Of a stretch of DNA of 64,000 nucleotides, positions 9,825 to 20,331 are shown in pieces. Under the pieces are notes generated by a model that was given only the letters and a program-made list of their open reading frames with translations, did no database searches and was not told where the DNA came from. The DNA is from Alphaproteobacteria bacterium. GTDB taxonomy: Bacteria > Pseudomonadota > Alphaproteobacteria > Bin95. The DNA lies in assembly GCA_026710105.1 (NCBI GenBank), contig JAPORR010000028.1:13633-77632 (forward strand), read 5' to 3'. The stretch's first letter is position 1. Every line of letters starts with the position of its first letter. The position numbers and the translations under genes are program-made.

Positions 9825-11069
9825 ATGCCGACGCCGCGTCCCAATCTCTCCATCGACGCCGAACGCCTCCGGGCAGCGCTCCGCCGCTCCTCGGGCATCG
9901 GCGCGGGGCCTAGAGGCGGCTTGCGCCGGCTCGCGCTCTCGGACAGCGACAGGGAGATGCGCGACCAGTTCGTCGCGTGGTGCGAGGCCATCGGATGCCA
10001 GGTGGTGGTCGATACCGCAGGCAGCATCTTCGCCCGTCGCGCGGGCCGGGAGGATGACCTGCCGCCGGTCGTGATCGGCAGCCACCTCGACAGTCAGGCA
10101 TCGGGCGGGCGTTTCGACGGCGTGCTGGGGGTTCTGGCGGGACTGGAGATCCTGCGCACGCTTGACGACAACGGTATCATTACCAAGCGCCCTGTTGAGG
10201 TCGTGGACTGGACCAATGAGGAGGGGGCGCGCTTTGCGCCGCCCATGACGGCCTCGCGTGTGTTCGCCGGGCTCGCGACCGTCGAGTGGCTGCACGACCT
10301 CACAGATGATGACGGTCTGCGTTATGGCGATGAGCTCCGGCGGATCGGCTATCTGGGCGCGGCTCCGGTCGGTGGGCGCTCGCTTGATGCCTATTTCGAG
10401 CTGCATATCGAGCAAGATTCGCTCCTGGAGGAGCAGGGTGTGTCGGTCGGTGTGGTGACCGGCGGCTATTATAGCCATGCACTCAACTGCATCTTCCGCG
10501 GCGAGTGCGCTCATACGGGGCCGACCGAGATGAGGAAGCGCCGCAATGCGATGGTGGGGGCAGCCTATTTCCTGGCTGCCGTCAACGACATCGGCTGGGA
10601 CTACGAACCCGTCGGGCGCAGTTCAGCCTCGCGTATGCAGATCTGGCCGAACCGCTTCGGCATTCTGCCGGACTATACCGAGGTGACGGTCGACATGCGT
10701 CACACGAACCGGGCGGTCACCGACGAGATGGTGGAGAAGGCGCGCGCGGCGCTGACGCAAGCGGCGGCGCGGGCGCAGGTTGAGGCTGAGGTCACCGCCG
10801 AGTGGACCTTCGGCGATGAGGCGTTCGATCCCGAATGTAACAATTTGGTGCGCCAAGCGGCAAAGGCGCGCGGCACCTCTTGCATGGACATGCTTAGCAT
10901 CGCGGGCCATGACGCCTATTACATTTCACGCATCGCGCCGACGGCGCTGGTGTTCAGCCCTTGCATCGGCGGGATCACCCATAACGAGGCAGAGGACATT
11001 CCCTGGGAGCCGACCGTCGAGGCGGTGAATGTGCTGCTCGATGCCGTCCTCGCCCGCGCGGACAGGTAG
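9825..11069 (+). CDS. M20-family Zn-dependent hydrolase (allantoate amidohydrolase / N-carbamoyl-L-amino-acid hydrolase type)
   Basis: IGSHLDSQASGGRFDGVLGVLAGLE metal-binding block typical of AllC/AmaB amidohydrolases; 414 aa. Confidence 0.8.
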   Translation: MPTPRPNLSIDAERLRAALRRSSGIGAGPRGGLRRLALSDSDREMRDQFVAWCEAIGCQVVVDTAGSIFARRAGREDDLPPVVIGSHLDSQASGGRFDGVLGVLAGLEILRTLDDNGIITKRPVEVVDWTNEEGARFAPPMTASRVFAGLATVEWLHDLTDDDGLRYGDELRRIGYLGAAPVGGRSLDAYFELHIEQDSLLEEQGVSVGVVTGGYYSHALNCIFRGECAHTGPTEMRKRRNAMVGAAYFLAAVNDIGWDYEPVGRSSASRMQIWPNRFGILPDYTEVTVDMRHTNRAVTDEMVEKARAALTQAAARAQVEAEVTAEWTFGDEAFDPECNNLVRQAAKARGTSCMDMLSIAGHDAYYISRIAPTALVFSPCIGGITHNEAEDIPWEPTVEAVNVLLDAVLARADR

Positions 11070-11122
11070 TGAGAAAACGGCCCTTCGGGTCGCTCGATAC
11101 CGGCTTGCCCACCCATCCTGAC

Positions 11123-11752
11123 TTACTTGTTGCCATAGAGCCGGTCGCCGGCATCGCCGAGGCCCGGCACGATATAGCCGTGGTCGTCCAGACGCTCATC
11201 GACGGCGGCGGTGAAGATCGCCACATCGGGATGGGCGTTGTGGAATGCCTCGATCCCTTCCGGTGCGGCGAGCAGGCATACCATCTTGATATCGCGCGCC
11301 TGCGCCCCCTTGAGCCGGGAGATCGCCGCCGATGCCGAGTGCCCCGTCGCTAGCATGGGGTCAAGAACGATAACCGGGCGGTCGCCGAGATCCTCCGGCA
11401 CCTTGAAGTAATACTCCATAGCACGTAATGTCTCCGGGTCTCGATAGAGGCCTACATGCCCTACACGAGCCGACGGGACGAGGTCGAGCATGCCTTCCAG
11501 CAGCCCGTTGCCGGCTCTCAGGATAGAGATGAGGACAAGTTTCTTGCCGGTCAGGAACGGTGCTCGGGTCTCTGCAAGCGGCGTTTCGATGCTGCGGGGT
11601 TCTGTCGCTAGGTCGCGGGTGACTTCGTAGCCGAGCAGCAGCGCAATCTCGCGCAGCAGCAGCCGGAACTTGGCCGTGTCGGTGTCCTTGCGGCGCATGA
11701 GCGACAATTTGTGCTGCACCAGTGGGTGATCGACCACCGTGACATTGTCCAT
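11123..11752 (-). CDS. upp: uracil phosphoribosyltransferase
   Basis: [16 protein letters not shown]-terminus and a [17 protein letters not shown]-binding loop. Confidence 0.9.
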   Translation of the reverse strand: MDNVTVVDHPLVQHKLSLMRRKDTDTAKFRLLLREIALLLGYEVTRDLATEPRSIETPLAETRAPFLTGKKLVLISILRAGNGLLEGMLDLVPSARVGHVGLYRDPETLRAMEYYFKVPEDLGDRPVIVLDPMLATGHSASAAISRLKGAQARDIKMVCLLAAPEGIEAFHNAHPDVAIFTAAVDERLDDHGYIVPGLGDAGDRLYGNK

Positions 11753-11779
11753 TGAAGAGGTCCTTTCTCGGGTCCGAAG

Positions 11780-12355
11780 TCAGAAAGTGGCGGCGCTCGG
11801 CGCGGCTAGCGGGGCGCGCAGGAAGGCGAGGGCGGTGCGGCCGTAACGGCGGCAGTCGATCAGTCCGGGCAGGTCTGGCAAGTCGTCATATGCGCTTTCG
11901 ACGACGACCAGCGCGCCCGGTTGCAGCCAGCCCTCGCGCCCGAGGGCGACCAGCGCCGGGACGGCCAAGCTCGCCCCCCAGGGCGGGTCCAGCCAGACAA
12001 TGTCATGGGCGCCTGGTGCCGGTCCTGGTGCGGCGGCGTCGCGGGCATGGATGGCGCCGGCGCGGCCAACATTGCGGCGGAGTAGGGCGAGCGCCGTCGG
12101 GTCCCGCTCAATGAAGCTGGCCCGGCCCGCGCCGCGTGAGAGCGCCTCCAGCCCGACCGCGCCCGTGCCGGCGAAGACATCGAGAAAGGCCGCCCCGGCG
12201 AGTGGCGGCCCGAGGCCGGCATGCAGAAGGCGGGCGAACCCTGCCTCGCGCACACGCCCGGTGGTTGGGCGCACGGCCCGGTCTGCCGTCGCGGCAAGCC
12301 GCCGCCCGCGCCAGCGCCCACCGACGATGCGGATCGCGGATCGGGTTCCAGCCAC
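11780..12355 (-). CDS. rsmD: 16S rRNA (guanine966-N2)-methyltransferase
   Basis: IRIVGGRWRGRRL and FLDVFAGTGAVGLEALSRGA motifs. The likely start is a GTG at 12355 preceded by GAGGAGG; the ATG at 12430 adds an atypical extension. Confidence 0.75.
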   Translation of the reverse strand: MAGTRSAIRIVGGRWRGRRLAATADRAVRPTTGRVREAGFARLLHAGLGPPLAGAAFLDVFAGTGAVGLEALSRGAGRASFIERDPTALALLRRNVGRAGAIHARDAAAPGPAPGAHDIVWLDPPWGASLAVPALVALGREGWLQPGALVVVESAYDDLPDLPGLIDCRRYGRTALAFLRAPLAAPSAATF

Positions 12356-12459
12356 CGGATAACGCCGCCTCCTCGATTGCCGGACAGCATTCGGTATTCT
12401 ACACTGAAACCGGCTCGGGGTGGCTCCCATGCGCCGCCCGCTCTCGAAGGAGTGACAAG

Positions 12460-13644
12460 ATGCGTAGGATCCTTATCGCTCTCGCTGCGGCAACGGTGAT
12501 GACCTCCGCAGCGGCTGCCGGAGATGAAATCAAGATCGGCGTGATGGTGGGTTTCACCGGGCCGATCGAGTCGCTGGCACCGAATATCGCTGCCGGCGCG
12601 GAGCTCGCCATCAAGGAGGTCAGCGACAGCAAGGCGCTGCTAAGTGGCGCCATGGTGACGCCGGTGCGCGGCGATACGACTTGCATCGACGCCGCGGCCG
12701 CAACCGCCGCGGCCGAGCGGTTGATTACCGCCGACCGCGTGAACGCCATCGTCGGTGGCGATTGCTCGGGCGTGACCACGGCCATGTTGCAAAATGTGGC
12801 TATGCCGAACGGCGTCGTCATGATTTCGCCGTCGGCCACCTCGCCGGCGCTCTCCACGCTGGATGACAACGGCCTGTTCTTCCGCACTTCGCCTTCGGAC
12901 GCGCGCCAGGGCCAGGTGATCGCCGAGGTGCTGAAGGAGCGCGGCGTGGGCACCGTCGCCATCACCTATACCAACAACGACTACGGCAAGGGACTCGCCG
13001 ACAGCATCGCCACCAATTTCAAGGCGGTGGGCGGTGCGGTGACCATCGAGGCCGCGCATGAGGACGGCAAGGGCGACTACGCGGCCGAAGTCGCCGCGCT
13101 CGCCGCCGCGGGCGGCGATGTGCTCGTTGTCGCCGGCTATCTCGACCAGGGTGGCAAAGGCATCATCCAGAGCGCGCTCGACACCGGCGCTTTCGACACT
13201 TTCCTGCTGCCGGACGGCATGATCGGCGACAGCTTGGTCGAGGCCATCGGCGCGGACCTGAACGGCTCCTTCGGGACGGTCCCGGGCACGGACAGCAAGG
13301 GCGCCGCCACCTTCGTCGACTTAGCCGCGGCCGCCGGCTTCAAGGCCGGCCCGTTCAACGGCGAGGCCTATGACGCCGCGGCGCTCATCCTGCTGGCTAT
13401 GCAGGCCGCCGGCTCCGCCGACAGCGGCAAGCTGAAGGACCATGTGATGGCGGTCGCCAATGCGCCGGGCGAGAAGATCCACCCGGGCGATCTCGGCAAG
13501 GCGCTCGAAATTATCGCCGCCGGCGGCGATGTGGACTATGTCGGCGCGTCTGCGGTCGAGCTGATCGGGGCGGGCGAGAGCGCCGGCAATTACCGCGAGA
13601 TCGCGATCGAGGACGGCAAGATCGTCACAGTTCGGTATCGCTGA
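12460..13644 (+). CDS. branched-chain amino acid ABC transporter substrate-binding protein (LivJ/LivK family)
   Basis: Signal peptide MRRILIALAAATVMTSAAAAG then KIGVMVGFTGP; the ATG at 12460 has an AGGAG SD. The track ORF start at 12136 is a spurious 5' extension over rsmD. Confidence 0.85.
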   Translation: MRRILIALAAATVMTSAAAAGDEIKIGVMVGFTGPIESLAPNIAAGAELAIKEVSDSKALLSGAMVTPVRGDTTCIDAAAATAAAERLITADRVNAIVGGDCSGVTTAMLQNVAMPNGVVMISPSATSPALSTLDDNGLFFRTSPSDARQGQVIAEVLKERGVGTVAITYTNNDYGKGLADSIATNFKAVGGAVTIEAAHEDGKGDYAAEVAALAAAGGDVLVVAGYLDQGGKGIIQSALDTGAFDTFLLPDGMIGDSLVEAIGADLNGSFGTVPGTDSKGAATFVDLAAAAGFKAGPFNGEAYDAAALILLAMQAAGSADSGKLKDHVMAVANAPGEKIHPGDLGKALEIIAAGGDVDYVGASAVELIGAGESAGNYREIAIEDGKIVTVRYR

Positions 13645-13679
13645 CGGAGAGCGGGCGGCGCAGCGCGCATGCCCGGCGG

Positions 13680-14453
13680 ATGATCCGTATCGCCGGCGTC
13701 TCGAAGCGATTCGGCGGCGTGGTGGCTGTTGACGGCGTGAACCTTGAGATCGCGGAGGGCTCGATCACGGGGTTGATCGGCCCGAACGGTGCCGGCAAGA
13801 CGACGCTTTTCAACCTGATCGCCGGCGCGCTCGCGCCGGACGCGGGACGGATATTCCTCGGCGGCGAGGAAATCACCGGCCTCCCGCCGCACGAATTATT
13901 CCATCGCGGCTTGCTCCGGACCTTCCAGATCGCGCATGAGTTCTCCTCGCTCACGCTCCGCGAGAACCTGATGACCACGCTCGCGTGCCAGACCGGGGAG
14001 AGCCTGCTGGGGGCGTGGCTCAAGCCGACCAAGGTCCGCGAGGAAGAGCGCACCAATCGGGAGAGGGCCGATGAGGTGATTGACTTTCTCGGCCTCGGCC
14101 CCGTCGCCGACGAGCGGGCGGGCAATCTTTCGGGCGGCCAGAAGAAGCTCCTGGAGCTCGGCCGGACGATGATGGTCGATGCCCGCATCGTGCTGCTGGA
14201 CGAGGTCGGCGCCGGCGTCAACCGCACGCTGCTCCGCCGGATAACCGAGTCCATCCTCCGTCTCAATCTCGAGCGCGGCTACACCTTCTGCATGATCGAG
14301 CACGACATGGAGTTCATCGCCCGGCTCTGCGACCCGGTGATCGTGATGGCGGAAGGCCGTGTGCTGACCGAAGGCCCCGCCGACCGGGTCATGGTGGACG
14401 AGGCCGTGATCGAAGCCTATCTCGGCCGCGGCGGACGGACGGCGGCCTCGTGA
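13680..14453 (+). CDS. livG: branched-chain amino acid ABC transporter ATP-binding protein
   Basis: GLIGPNGAGKTTLFN Walker A, LSGGQ signature, LivG-type C-terminus. Confidence 0.85.
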   Translation: MIRIAGVSKRFGGVVAVDGVNLEIAEGSITGLIGPNGAGKTTLFNLIAGALAPDAGRIFLGGEEITGLPPHELFHRGLLRTFQIAHEFSSLTLRENLMTTLACQTGESLLGAWLKPTKVREEERTNRERADEVIDFLGLGPVADERAGNLSGGQKKLLELGRTMMVDARIVLLDEVGAGVNRTLLRRITESILRLNLERGYTFCMIEHDMEFIARLCDPVIVMAEGRVLTEGPADRVMVDEAVIEAYLGRGGRTAAS

Positions 14454-14473
14454 GCTTCCTCGAAGGTGAGGCC

Positions 14474-15154
14474 ATGACGGGCGGCTATGGCGGCGCCGAC
14501 ATCATTCGCGGCTGCGATCTCGCCGCGGAACGGGGCGAGATCGCCGTCATCGTCGGCCCCAACGGGGCGGGCAAATCCACGGCGATGAAGGCGCTGCTCG
14601 GCGTCGCGCGGCTCCGCTCCGGCAGCGTGCGGCTCGGCGGTGAGGACATTACCGCGCTCTCACCCCAAGACCGGGTCGGGCGCGGCATGGCCTTCGTGCC
14701 GCAGACCGACAATGTGTTCGCCACCCTGACAGTGCGCGAAAACCTGGAGATGGGCGCGTTCCTGCGGCGCAGCGGCGTTGCCCGGACTATGGAGCGGGTC
14801 TTCGATCTGTTCCCGGCCGTACGTGAGAACCGGGACCGGCAGGCGGGCGCGCTTTCGGGCGGCCAGCGCCAGCAGGTGGCCATCGGCCGCGCGCTGATGA
14901 CGGAGCCCGCCGCGCTGCTGCTCGACGAGCCGACGGCCGGCGTCTCGCCGATCGTGATGGACGACTTGTTCGAACGCATGCTGGAGATCCGCAGCGCGGG
15001 CGTCGCTATACTGATGGCCGAGCAGAACGCCCGTCAGGCGCTCGCCATTGCCGACCGGGGCTATGTGCTCGTGACCGGCCAGAACCGCTTCGCTGACACC
15101 GGCGCCGCATTGCTCGCCAACCCGGAAATGCGCCGGTCCTTCCTCGGAGGCTGA
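14474..15154 (+). CDS. livF: branched-chain amino acid ABC transporter ATP-binding protein
   Basis: GPNGAGKSTAMKAL Walker A, LSGGQRQQVAIGRAL; the ATG at 14474 has an AGGTGAGG SD. Confidence 0.85.
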   Translation: MTGGYGGADIIRGCDLAAERGEIAVIVGPNGAGKSTAMKALLGVARLRSGSVRLGGEDITALSPQDRVGRGMAFVPQTDNVFATLTVRENLEMGAFLRRSGVARTMERVFDLFPAVRENRDRQAGALSGGQRQQVAIGRALMTEPAALLLDEPTAGVSPIVMDDLFERMLEIRSAGVAILMAEQNARQALAIADRGYVLVTGQNRFADTGAALLANPEMRRSFLGG

Positions 15155-15157
15155 GGG

Positions 15158-16174
15158 ATGCCGCCCGACCTCCTGAATGCGACGATCCTGCTCGGCAATT
15201 ATGTCGTCGTTCCGGGGGTCGCCTACGCTGCGCAGCTTGCGCTCGGCGCGCTCGGCATCACGCTCGTCTTCGGTGTATTACGCTTCGCCAATCTCGCCCA
15301 TGGCGACCTCATGGCCTTCGGCGCAATGGCGACCGTCCTGGCCACCTGGCAGCTCCAGGCCTGGGGCGTTGGCCTCGGGCCGCTGCCGACAGCGCTTCTG
15401 GCGCTGCCTTTGGGCATTCTCGCCGCCATCGCCGCCGCGCTCGCCGCCGACCGGCTGGTTTTCCGTTTCTACCGCCGGCGGCGCAGCGCCCCCGTCACGC
15501 TCGTCATGGCCTCGCTCGGCGTCATGTTCGTCCTGAACGGCGTCGTGCGCTTCATCATCGGCCCCGGCGATCGGCAATTCGCGGACGGCGAGCGCTTCAT
15601 CGTGAAGGCGCAGGAATTCAAGCGGGCGACGGGCCTTGCCGAGGGCCTCTCGATCAAGACGGCCCAGTGCCTGACCGTTATCATCGCCATCGTCACGGTG
15701 GTCCTGCTCTTCCGGTTTCTCCAGCGCACCCGCACGGGCAAGTCCATGCGCGCTTATTCGGACAATGAAGACCTGGCGTTGCTATCCGGCGTCAACCCCG
15801 AGCGCGTCGCGCTCATCGCCTGGACAATCGCTGCCGCGCTCGCCGCCATTGCCGGCGCGCTTTACGGGCTTGACAAGAGTTTCAAGCCGTTCACCTATTT
15901 CCAACTCCTGCTGCCCATGTTCGCCGCTGCCATACTGGGCGGCATCGGCCAGCCGGTCGGTGCCATTGTCGGTGCGGTCATCGTCGCCTTCTCCGAGGTC
16001 GCCGTCACTTACGCCTGGAAGAAGTTCCTTTACTACCTATTGCCCGAGGCCTGGCGTCCGGACGGCCTGGCCCAACTGCTTTCGACCGATTACAAATTCG
16101 CCGTCTCCTTCGTCATTCTGGTGCTGGTGCTACTCATCCGCCCGTCCGGCATTTTCCGGGGGCGGGTGCTGTGA
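15158..16174 (+). CDS. livH: branched-chain amino acid ABC transporter permease
   Basis: Polytopic membrane protein with LivH-like ANLAHGDLMAFGAM motif. Confidence 0.8.
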   Translation: MPPDLLNATILLGNYVVVPGVAYAAQLALGALGITLVFGVLRFANLAHGDLMAFGAMATVLATWQLQAWGVGLGPLPTALLALPLGILAAIAAALAADRLVFRFYRRRRSAPVTLVMASLGVMFVLNGVVRFIIGPGDRQFADGERFIVKAQEFKRATGLAEGLSIKTAQCLTVIIAIVTVVLLFRFLQRTRTGKSMRAYSDNEDLALLSGVNPERVALIAWTIAAALAAIAGALYGLDKSFKPFTYFQLLLPMFAAAILGGIGQPVGAIVGAVIVAFSEVAVTYAWKKFLYYLLPEAWRPDGLAQLLSTDYKFAVSFVILVLVLLIRPSGIFRGRVL

Positions 16175-17529
16175 CGCCGGCGCTCAGAAACGGCGCGGCC
16201 GCCGCCATCGTCGGAGCCGCGCTCATGGCGGTGGGGTTCGGCCAGTCCTGGTCTCTGGCGCTCGCGGTTCTGAATCTCTGCCTGATCTCCGCGCTCATGT
16301 CGCTCGCGGTCAATATCCAGTGGGGATATGCGGGTCTGTTCAATATCGGCGTCATGGGGTTCGCGGCGCTGGGCGGGCTTGCAGGCGTCTTGGTCTCCCG
16401 GCCGCCCGTGCCGGCCGCCTGGGCGGCGGGCGGCGTGGGACTTTTCATCGCCTTGCTCATTCTCATCGCGGCGGGGGGCCTCGCGCTGGCGCTGGCCCGC
16501 CATCTGCGGCGAAGCCGCTGGCGCATGCTGGCGATCGCGATCGTCATGCTCGCCGGCCTGCTGGGCGCGCGGGCCTTCTTCGATCCGGCGACGGACGCCA
16601 TTGAGGCGGTGGAGCCTGCCAAGACCGGCTATCTCGGCGGCCTCGGCCTGCCGATTGTCCTCTCCTGGTTCGCGGGCGGGCTGCTCGCCGCCGGGGCCGC
16701 GTTCGTCATCGGGCGAATCGCGCTCGGCCTGCGCTCGGACTATTTCGCCATCGCCACGCTCGGCATTTCCGAAATCGTCATCGCCGTGCTGAAGAACGAG
16801 GACTGGCTGACGCGGGGGGTGAAGAACGTGACCGGGCTCGACCGCCCGGTTCCCTATGAGGTGGACCTGCAGCAAGACCCTCGTTTCGTCGATCTCGTCG
16901 CCGTGCTGCACAGCCGAAGCCTGGAGGCGCTGACGGGCGCGGCGCATGAAGCCGCGCTCCGCGAGTTGACGGTCCAGTTCTCCAGCCTGTTCGTGAAGCT
17001 CTGCTATGCGGGCCTCTTCCTGGCCGCGTTGGCGGTCGTGTTCTGGCTGTCAGAGCGCGCGCTGCATTCCCCCTGGGGCCGGATGATGCGCGCCATCCGC
17101 GACAACGAGATCGCCGCGGGAGCGATAGGCAAGGACGTGACCCGCCGCCACCGGCAGGTCTTCATTCTGGGCTCGGCCGTCATCGGCGTCGCGGGCGCCA
17201 TGCTGACCACACTGGACGGCCAGTTCACCCCGGCGGGCTACCAGCCGCTCCGCTTCACCTTCCTCATCTGGGTCATGGTGGTGGTCGGCGGCTCCGGCAA
17301 CAATCTGGGCGCGGTGCTGGGCGGCTTCCTCATCTGGTTCGTCTGGATCGAGGCGGAGCCCGCGGGCCTCTGGCTGATGCAGGCGCTGACCTCCGGCCTG
17401 CCCGCGGACAGTGCCGTCCGCGCCCACCTACTCGAAAGCGCCGCGCATATGCGCCCGCTGGTCATGGGTGTCATCCTGCTGCTCGTCATGCGCTTCCGTC
17501 CGCGCGGCCTTATCCCCGCCGACAGGTAG
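16171..17529 (+). CDS. livM: branched-chain amino acid ABC transporter permease
   Basis: LivM-like permease with NIQWGYAGLFNIG; 4-nt overlap with livH. Confidence 0.8.
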   Translation: MTPALRNGAAAAIVGAALMAVGFGQSWSLALAVLNLCLISALMSLAVNIQWGYAGLFNIGVMGFAALGGLAGVLVSRPPVPAAWAAGGVGLFIALLILIAAGGLALALARHLRRSRWRMLAIAIVMLAGLLGARAFFDPATDAIEAVEPAKTGYLGGLGLPIVLSWFAGGLLAAGAAFVIGRIALGLRSDYFAIATLGISEIVIAVLKNEDWLTRGVKNVTGLDRPVPYEVDLQQDPRFVDLVAVLHSRSLEALTGAAHEAALRELTVQFSSLFVKLCYAGLFLAALAVVFWLSERALHSPWGRMMRAIRDNEIAAGAIGKDVTRRHRQVFILGSAVIGVAGAMLTTLDGQFTPAGYQPLRFTFLIWVMVVVGGSGNNLGAVLGGFLIWFVWIEAEPAGLWLMQALTSGLPADSAVRAHLLESAAHMRPLVMGVILLLVMRFRPRGLIPADR

Positions 17530-17555
17530 GGGGCCGGAGGCCCTGCCGGCCGGCA

Positions 17556-18452
17556 TCAAGCATCATAGTCGAGCCCGAGATCACGGAAGCGCGCCGGGTC
17601 CTCAGGCCAACCTTCGCGCACCCTCACCGTCAGGAACAGGTGGACCGGCCGGTGGAGCGCATCCGCCAAATCCTTCTGTGCCGCCAGGCGTATCGCCCGG
17701 ATGCGCGCACCTCCCTTGCCGAGCACGACCGCGCGCTGGCTGGGGCGGCGCACATAAACCGTCTGATCGATGCGCACGTCACCATTGTCGAATTCCTGCC
17801 AGTCGGCCGTTTCGGTCGCGATGTCGTAGGGAATCTCGTCATGCAGGCGCAAGAAGAGTTTCTCCCGCGTGATCTCGGCAGCGAGAAAGCGCAGGGGCGC
17901 GTCGGAGAGTTCGTCCTCAGGATAGAGCCAGGGGCCCTCCGGCATACGCTCCGAGAGATGCGTGAGCAGGTCGTCCACGCCACTGCCGGTCAGTGCCGAG
18001 ACCATGAAGACATCGCTGAAAGCCCCGGTCTGGTAGAGCTGGTCGGCACGCACCAGCAGGCGCTCGCGGGGCAGGAGGTCGATCTTGTTGAGCGCCAGCA
18101 CGGACTGCCCGCCACCCGCCTTGAGGCTCGCGGCGATATGCGCCTCGCGAGCACCCGCCCGGCGCGCCGCATCGACCAGCAGCACGACGATGTCCGCATC
18201 GCCCGCAGATCGCCAGGCGCGACGCACCATCGCGCGTTCCAGACGCCGGCGCGGCTCGAATATGCCGGGCGTATCAACGAACACGACTTGGGCCGCGCCG
18301 TGGATGCGGATGCCGAGCACACGCGTGCGCGTCGTCTGCGCCTTGGGTGTGACGATGGAAACCTTGGCGCCCACCAGGCGGTTGAGCAGGGTGGACTTGC
18401 CGGCATTGGGCGCGCCCAGAAGGGTGACGAAGCCTGCTCGGCGTGCCGTCAT
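17556..18452 (-). CDS. era: GTPase Era
   Basis: GFVTLLGAPNAGKSTLLN G1 motif, DTPGI G3, KH-domain C-terminus. The start is the ATG at 18452, overlapping the rnc stop in an ATGA; the track's longer ORF carries an Arg-rich junk N-terminus. Confidence 0.85.
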   Translation of the reverse strand: MTARRAGFVTLLGAPNAGKSTLLNRLVGAKVSIVTPKAQTTRTRVLGIRIHGAAQVVFVDTPGIFEPRRRLERAMVRRAWRSAGDADIVVLLVDAARRAGAREAHIAASLKAGGGQSVLALNKIDLLPRERLLVRADQLYQTGAFSDVFMVSALTGSGVDDLLTHLSERMPEGPWLYPEDELSDAPLRFLAAEITREKLFLRLHDEIPYDIATETADWQEFDNGDVRIDQTVYVRRPSQRAVVLGKGGARIRAIRLAAQKDLADALHRPVHLFLTVRVREGWPEDPARFRDLGLDYDA

Positions 18453-19105
18453 TCCAGCCGTTCGAGCAGGACGGCGGCGGCGGCGGCGGCGGCGGCGCGC
18501 TTGGAGCCGCCCGCCCCTCTCGCCCGCGTGCCGTTCGCCAGCACCGCCTCGACCTCGAACTCCGGACGATGTGCGTCGCCCCGACTGGCGCAGACGGTAT
18601 AGACCGGTTGGCCGAGACCGTGGGAGTGGCTCCATTCCTGCAGGCGGGTGCGCGGGTCGCGCTCCACATCCGCATGGCGTTCGACGAGTGCCAGCCAGTG
18701 CCGGCGGACGAATTGCTGCGCGGCGTCGAGGCCGCCGTCGAGATAGAGCGCCGCGATGACCGCCTCGCAGGCATCCGCCGCCGGTTTCGCTGTCATGCAG
18801 CTGTTGCGGTTGTTGGGGTTCTGTATGAGGGCGGTGTCGAGGCCAATTGCTGTAGCAACTTCTATCAGCGCATTGCGGCTCACCAGCATTGACATGCGCA
18901 ACCCGATCCCGCCTTCATCAAGGGTCGGGAAGCGTTCGAGCAGCATCTCGGCCACGGTGAGGCCCAGCACGCGGTCGCCGAGGAATTCCAGTCGTTGGAA
19001 CACATTATCCTCGCGTCCTGGCGCGCTCGGATGAGTCAACGCCTGCCGGAGCAGGTCGGGATCGGCGAATTCGTAATCGAGCGCAGCGCGGAAGCGGGTG
19101 GTCAC
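18449..19105 (-). CDS. rnc: ribonuclease III
   Basis: ERLEFLGDRVLGL RNase III signature and a C-terminal dsRBD. Confidence 0.9.
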   Translation of the reverse strand: MTTRFRAALDYEFADPDLLRQALTHPSAPGREDNVFQRLEFLGDRVLGLTVAEMLLERFPTLDEGGIGLRMSMLVSRNALIEVATAIGLDTALIQNPNNRNSCMTAKPAADACEAVIAALYLDGGLDAAQQFVRRHWLALVERHADVERDPRTRLQEWSHSHGLGQPVYTVCASRGDAHRPEFEVEAVLANGTRARGAGGSKRAAAAAAAAVLLERLE

Positions 19106-19872
19106 GGGCCGATCGCGTCGAATATGCGCTCCCAGCGAACCCCGCTCGGATATCGCCAGAACTCCCAGAAGCTGGTGTCATGGTCAAGGGAGAAGAACAG
19201 GATTTCCGCCTGCCCGACGAAATTCTCTGCCGGTATGAACCCCACATGGCTGGCGAAGCGGCTGTCTGTGGAATTGTCGCGGTTGTCGCCCAGGGCGAAA
19301 TAGTGACCATCCGGCACCTCGAAGACCGGAGTATTGTCCGCCGGGCCGGAATCGCTTTCCTCCAGAATCTCGTAAGACCGCCCGTTCGGCAGGGTCTCGC
19401 GGTAGCGGGTCGCGTGTTTCACGATGCCGTATTTGTCGCGGTATTCGGTGGGCGCGACACGGCTGCGCTCCACCGGCGCGCCGTTGATGAACAGGCGCCC
19501 GCTGCGCATCTGAATGGTATCGCCCGGCAGGCCAACGACGCGCTTTACGAAGTCGATCTTCGGCGCCAGGGGGTTCTTGAACACGGCTACATCACCGCGC
19601 TCGGGGCCTTCCCCGAACAGCCGGCCCGGCCCTGGGATCACTGGCAGCCCGAAGGGCAGCGAGTAACGGCTGTAACCGTAGGAGTATTTAGAGACGAAGA
19701 GGAAATCGCCGACCAGCAGTGTCTCCACCATCGAGCCGGACGGAATGGTAAAGGGCTCGAAAAGGAAACTGCGGATGCCGAGCGCGATCAGACCGGCATA
19801 GACGATGGTCTTGACGGTTTCTTTCACAGGGGCAGCAACCTGGGCGGAGAGATACCGGCTAGCCACCGGCAC
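19102..19872 (-). CDS. lepB: signal peptidase I
   Basis: IPSGSMVETLLVGDFLFV catalytic-Ser box and GDNRDNSTDSR box. Confidence 0.9.
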   Translation of the reverse strand: MPVASRYLSAQVAAPVKETVKTIVYAGLIALGIRSFLFEPFTIPSGSMVETLLVGDFLFVSKYSYGYSRYSLPFGLPVIPGPGRLFGEGPERGDVAVFKNPLAPKIDFVKRVVGLPGDTIQMRSGRLFINGAPVERSRVAPTEYRDKYGIVKHATRYRETLPNGRSYEILEESDSGPADNTPVFEVPDGHYFALGDNRDNSTDSRFASHVGFIPAENFVGQAEILFFSLDHDTSFWEFWRYPSGVRWERIFDAIGP

Positions 19873-19911
19873 ACGTCGAAGCCAGATAGAACGCCGCTTG
19901 GCGGGCAGCTG

Positions 19912-20331
19912 TCAAGCGGAGCCATTCGCCGCATCCTCCGGCACGGCCGTGATGATGACCAGGGCATGAGCCAGTGGCGGCTCGTCGGTGATGGTGAGAT
20001 CGATGCGCGGACGGGTGCCCGGCGGCAGAAGGCTTGCAAGCCGCTGGGCGGCCCCGCCGGTCAATTGCAGAGTCGGGCGTCCGCCAGGCAGGTTGACGAC
20101 GCTCATGTCGCGCCAGTAGACGCCCTGGCGCAGCCCCGTGCCGAGCGCTTTCGAGCAGGCTTCCTTGGCGGCGAAGCGCCGAGCGTAGCTGGCCGCGCGC
20201 AGCCGCCGACGGTCAGACCGCTGCCGTTCCGCTTCAGTGAACACGCGCCAGGTGAAGCGCTCGCCGAAACGCTCCAGCGTGCGCTCGATGCGGGTTATGT
20301 CGACCAAGTCGCTGCCGAGCCCGACAATCAT
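19912..20331 (-). CDS. acpS: holo-[acyl-carrier-protein] synthase
   Basis: [16 protein letters not shown] and [14 protein letters not shown] motifs; 139 aa. Confidence 0.9.
   Translation of the reverse strand: MIVGLGSDLVDITRIERTLERFGERFTWRVFTEAERQRSDRRRLRAASYARRFAAKEACSKALGTGLRQGVYWRDMSVVNLPGGRPTLQLTGGAAQRLASLLPPGTRPRIDLTITDEPPLAHALVIITAVPEDAANGSA

Noticed and set aside
16090-16947. 285-aa minus-strand ORF (MRRARQRLQ...) inside the livM permease gene
   Set aside because: Highly charged Arg/Asp/Glu-rich antisense translation of a membrane-protein gene; not credible.
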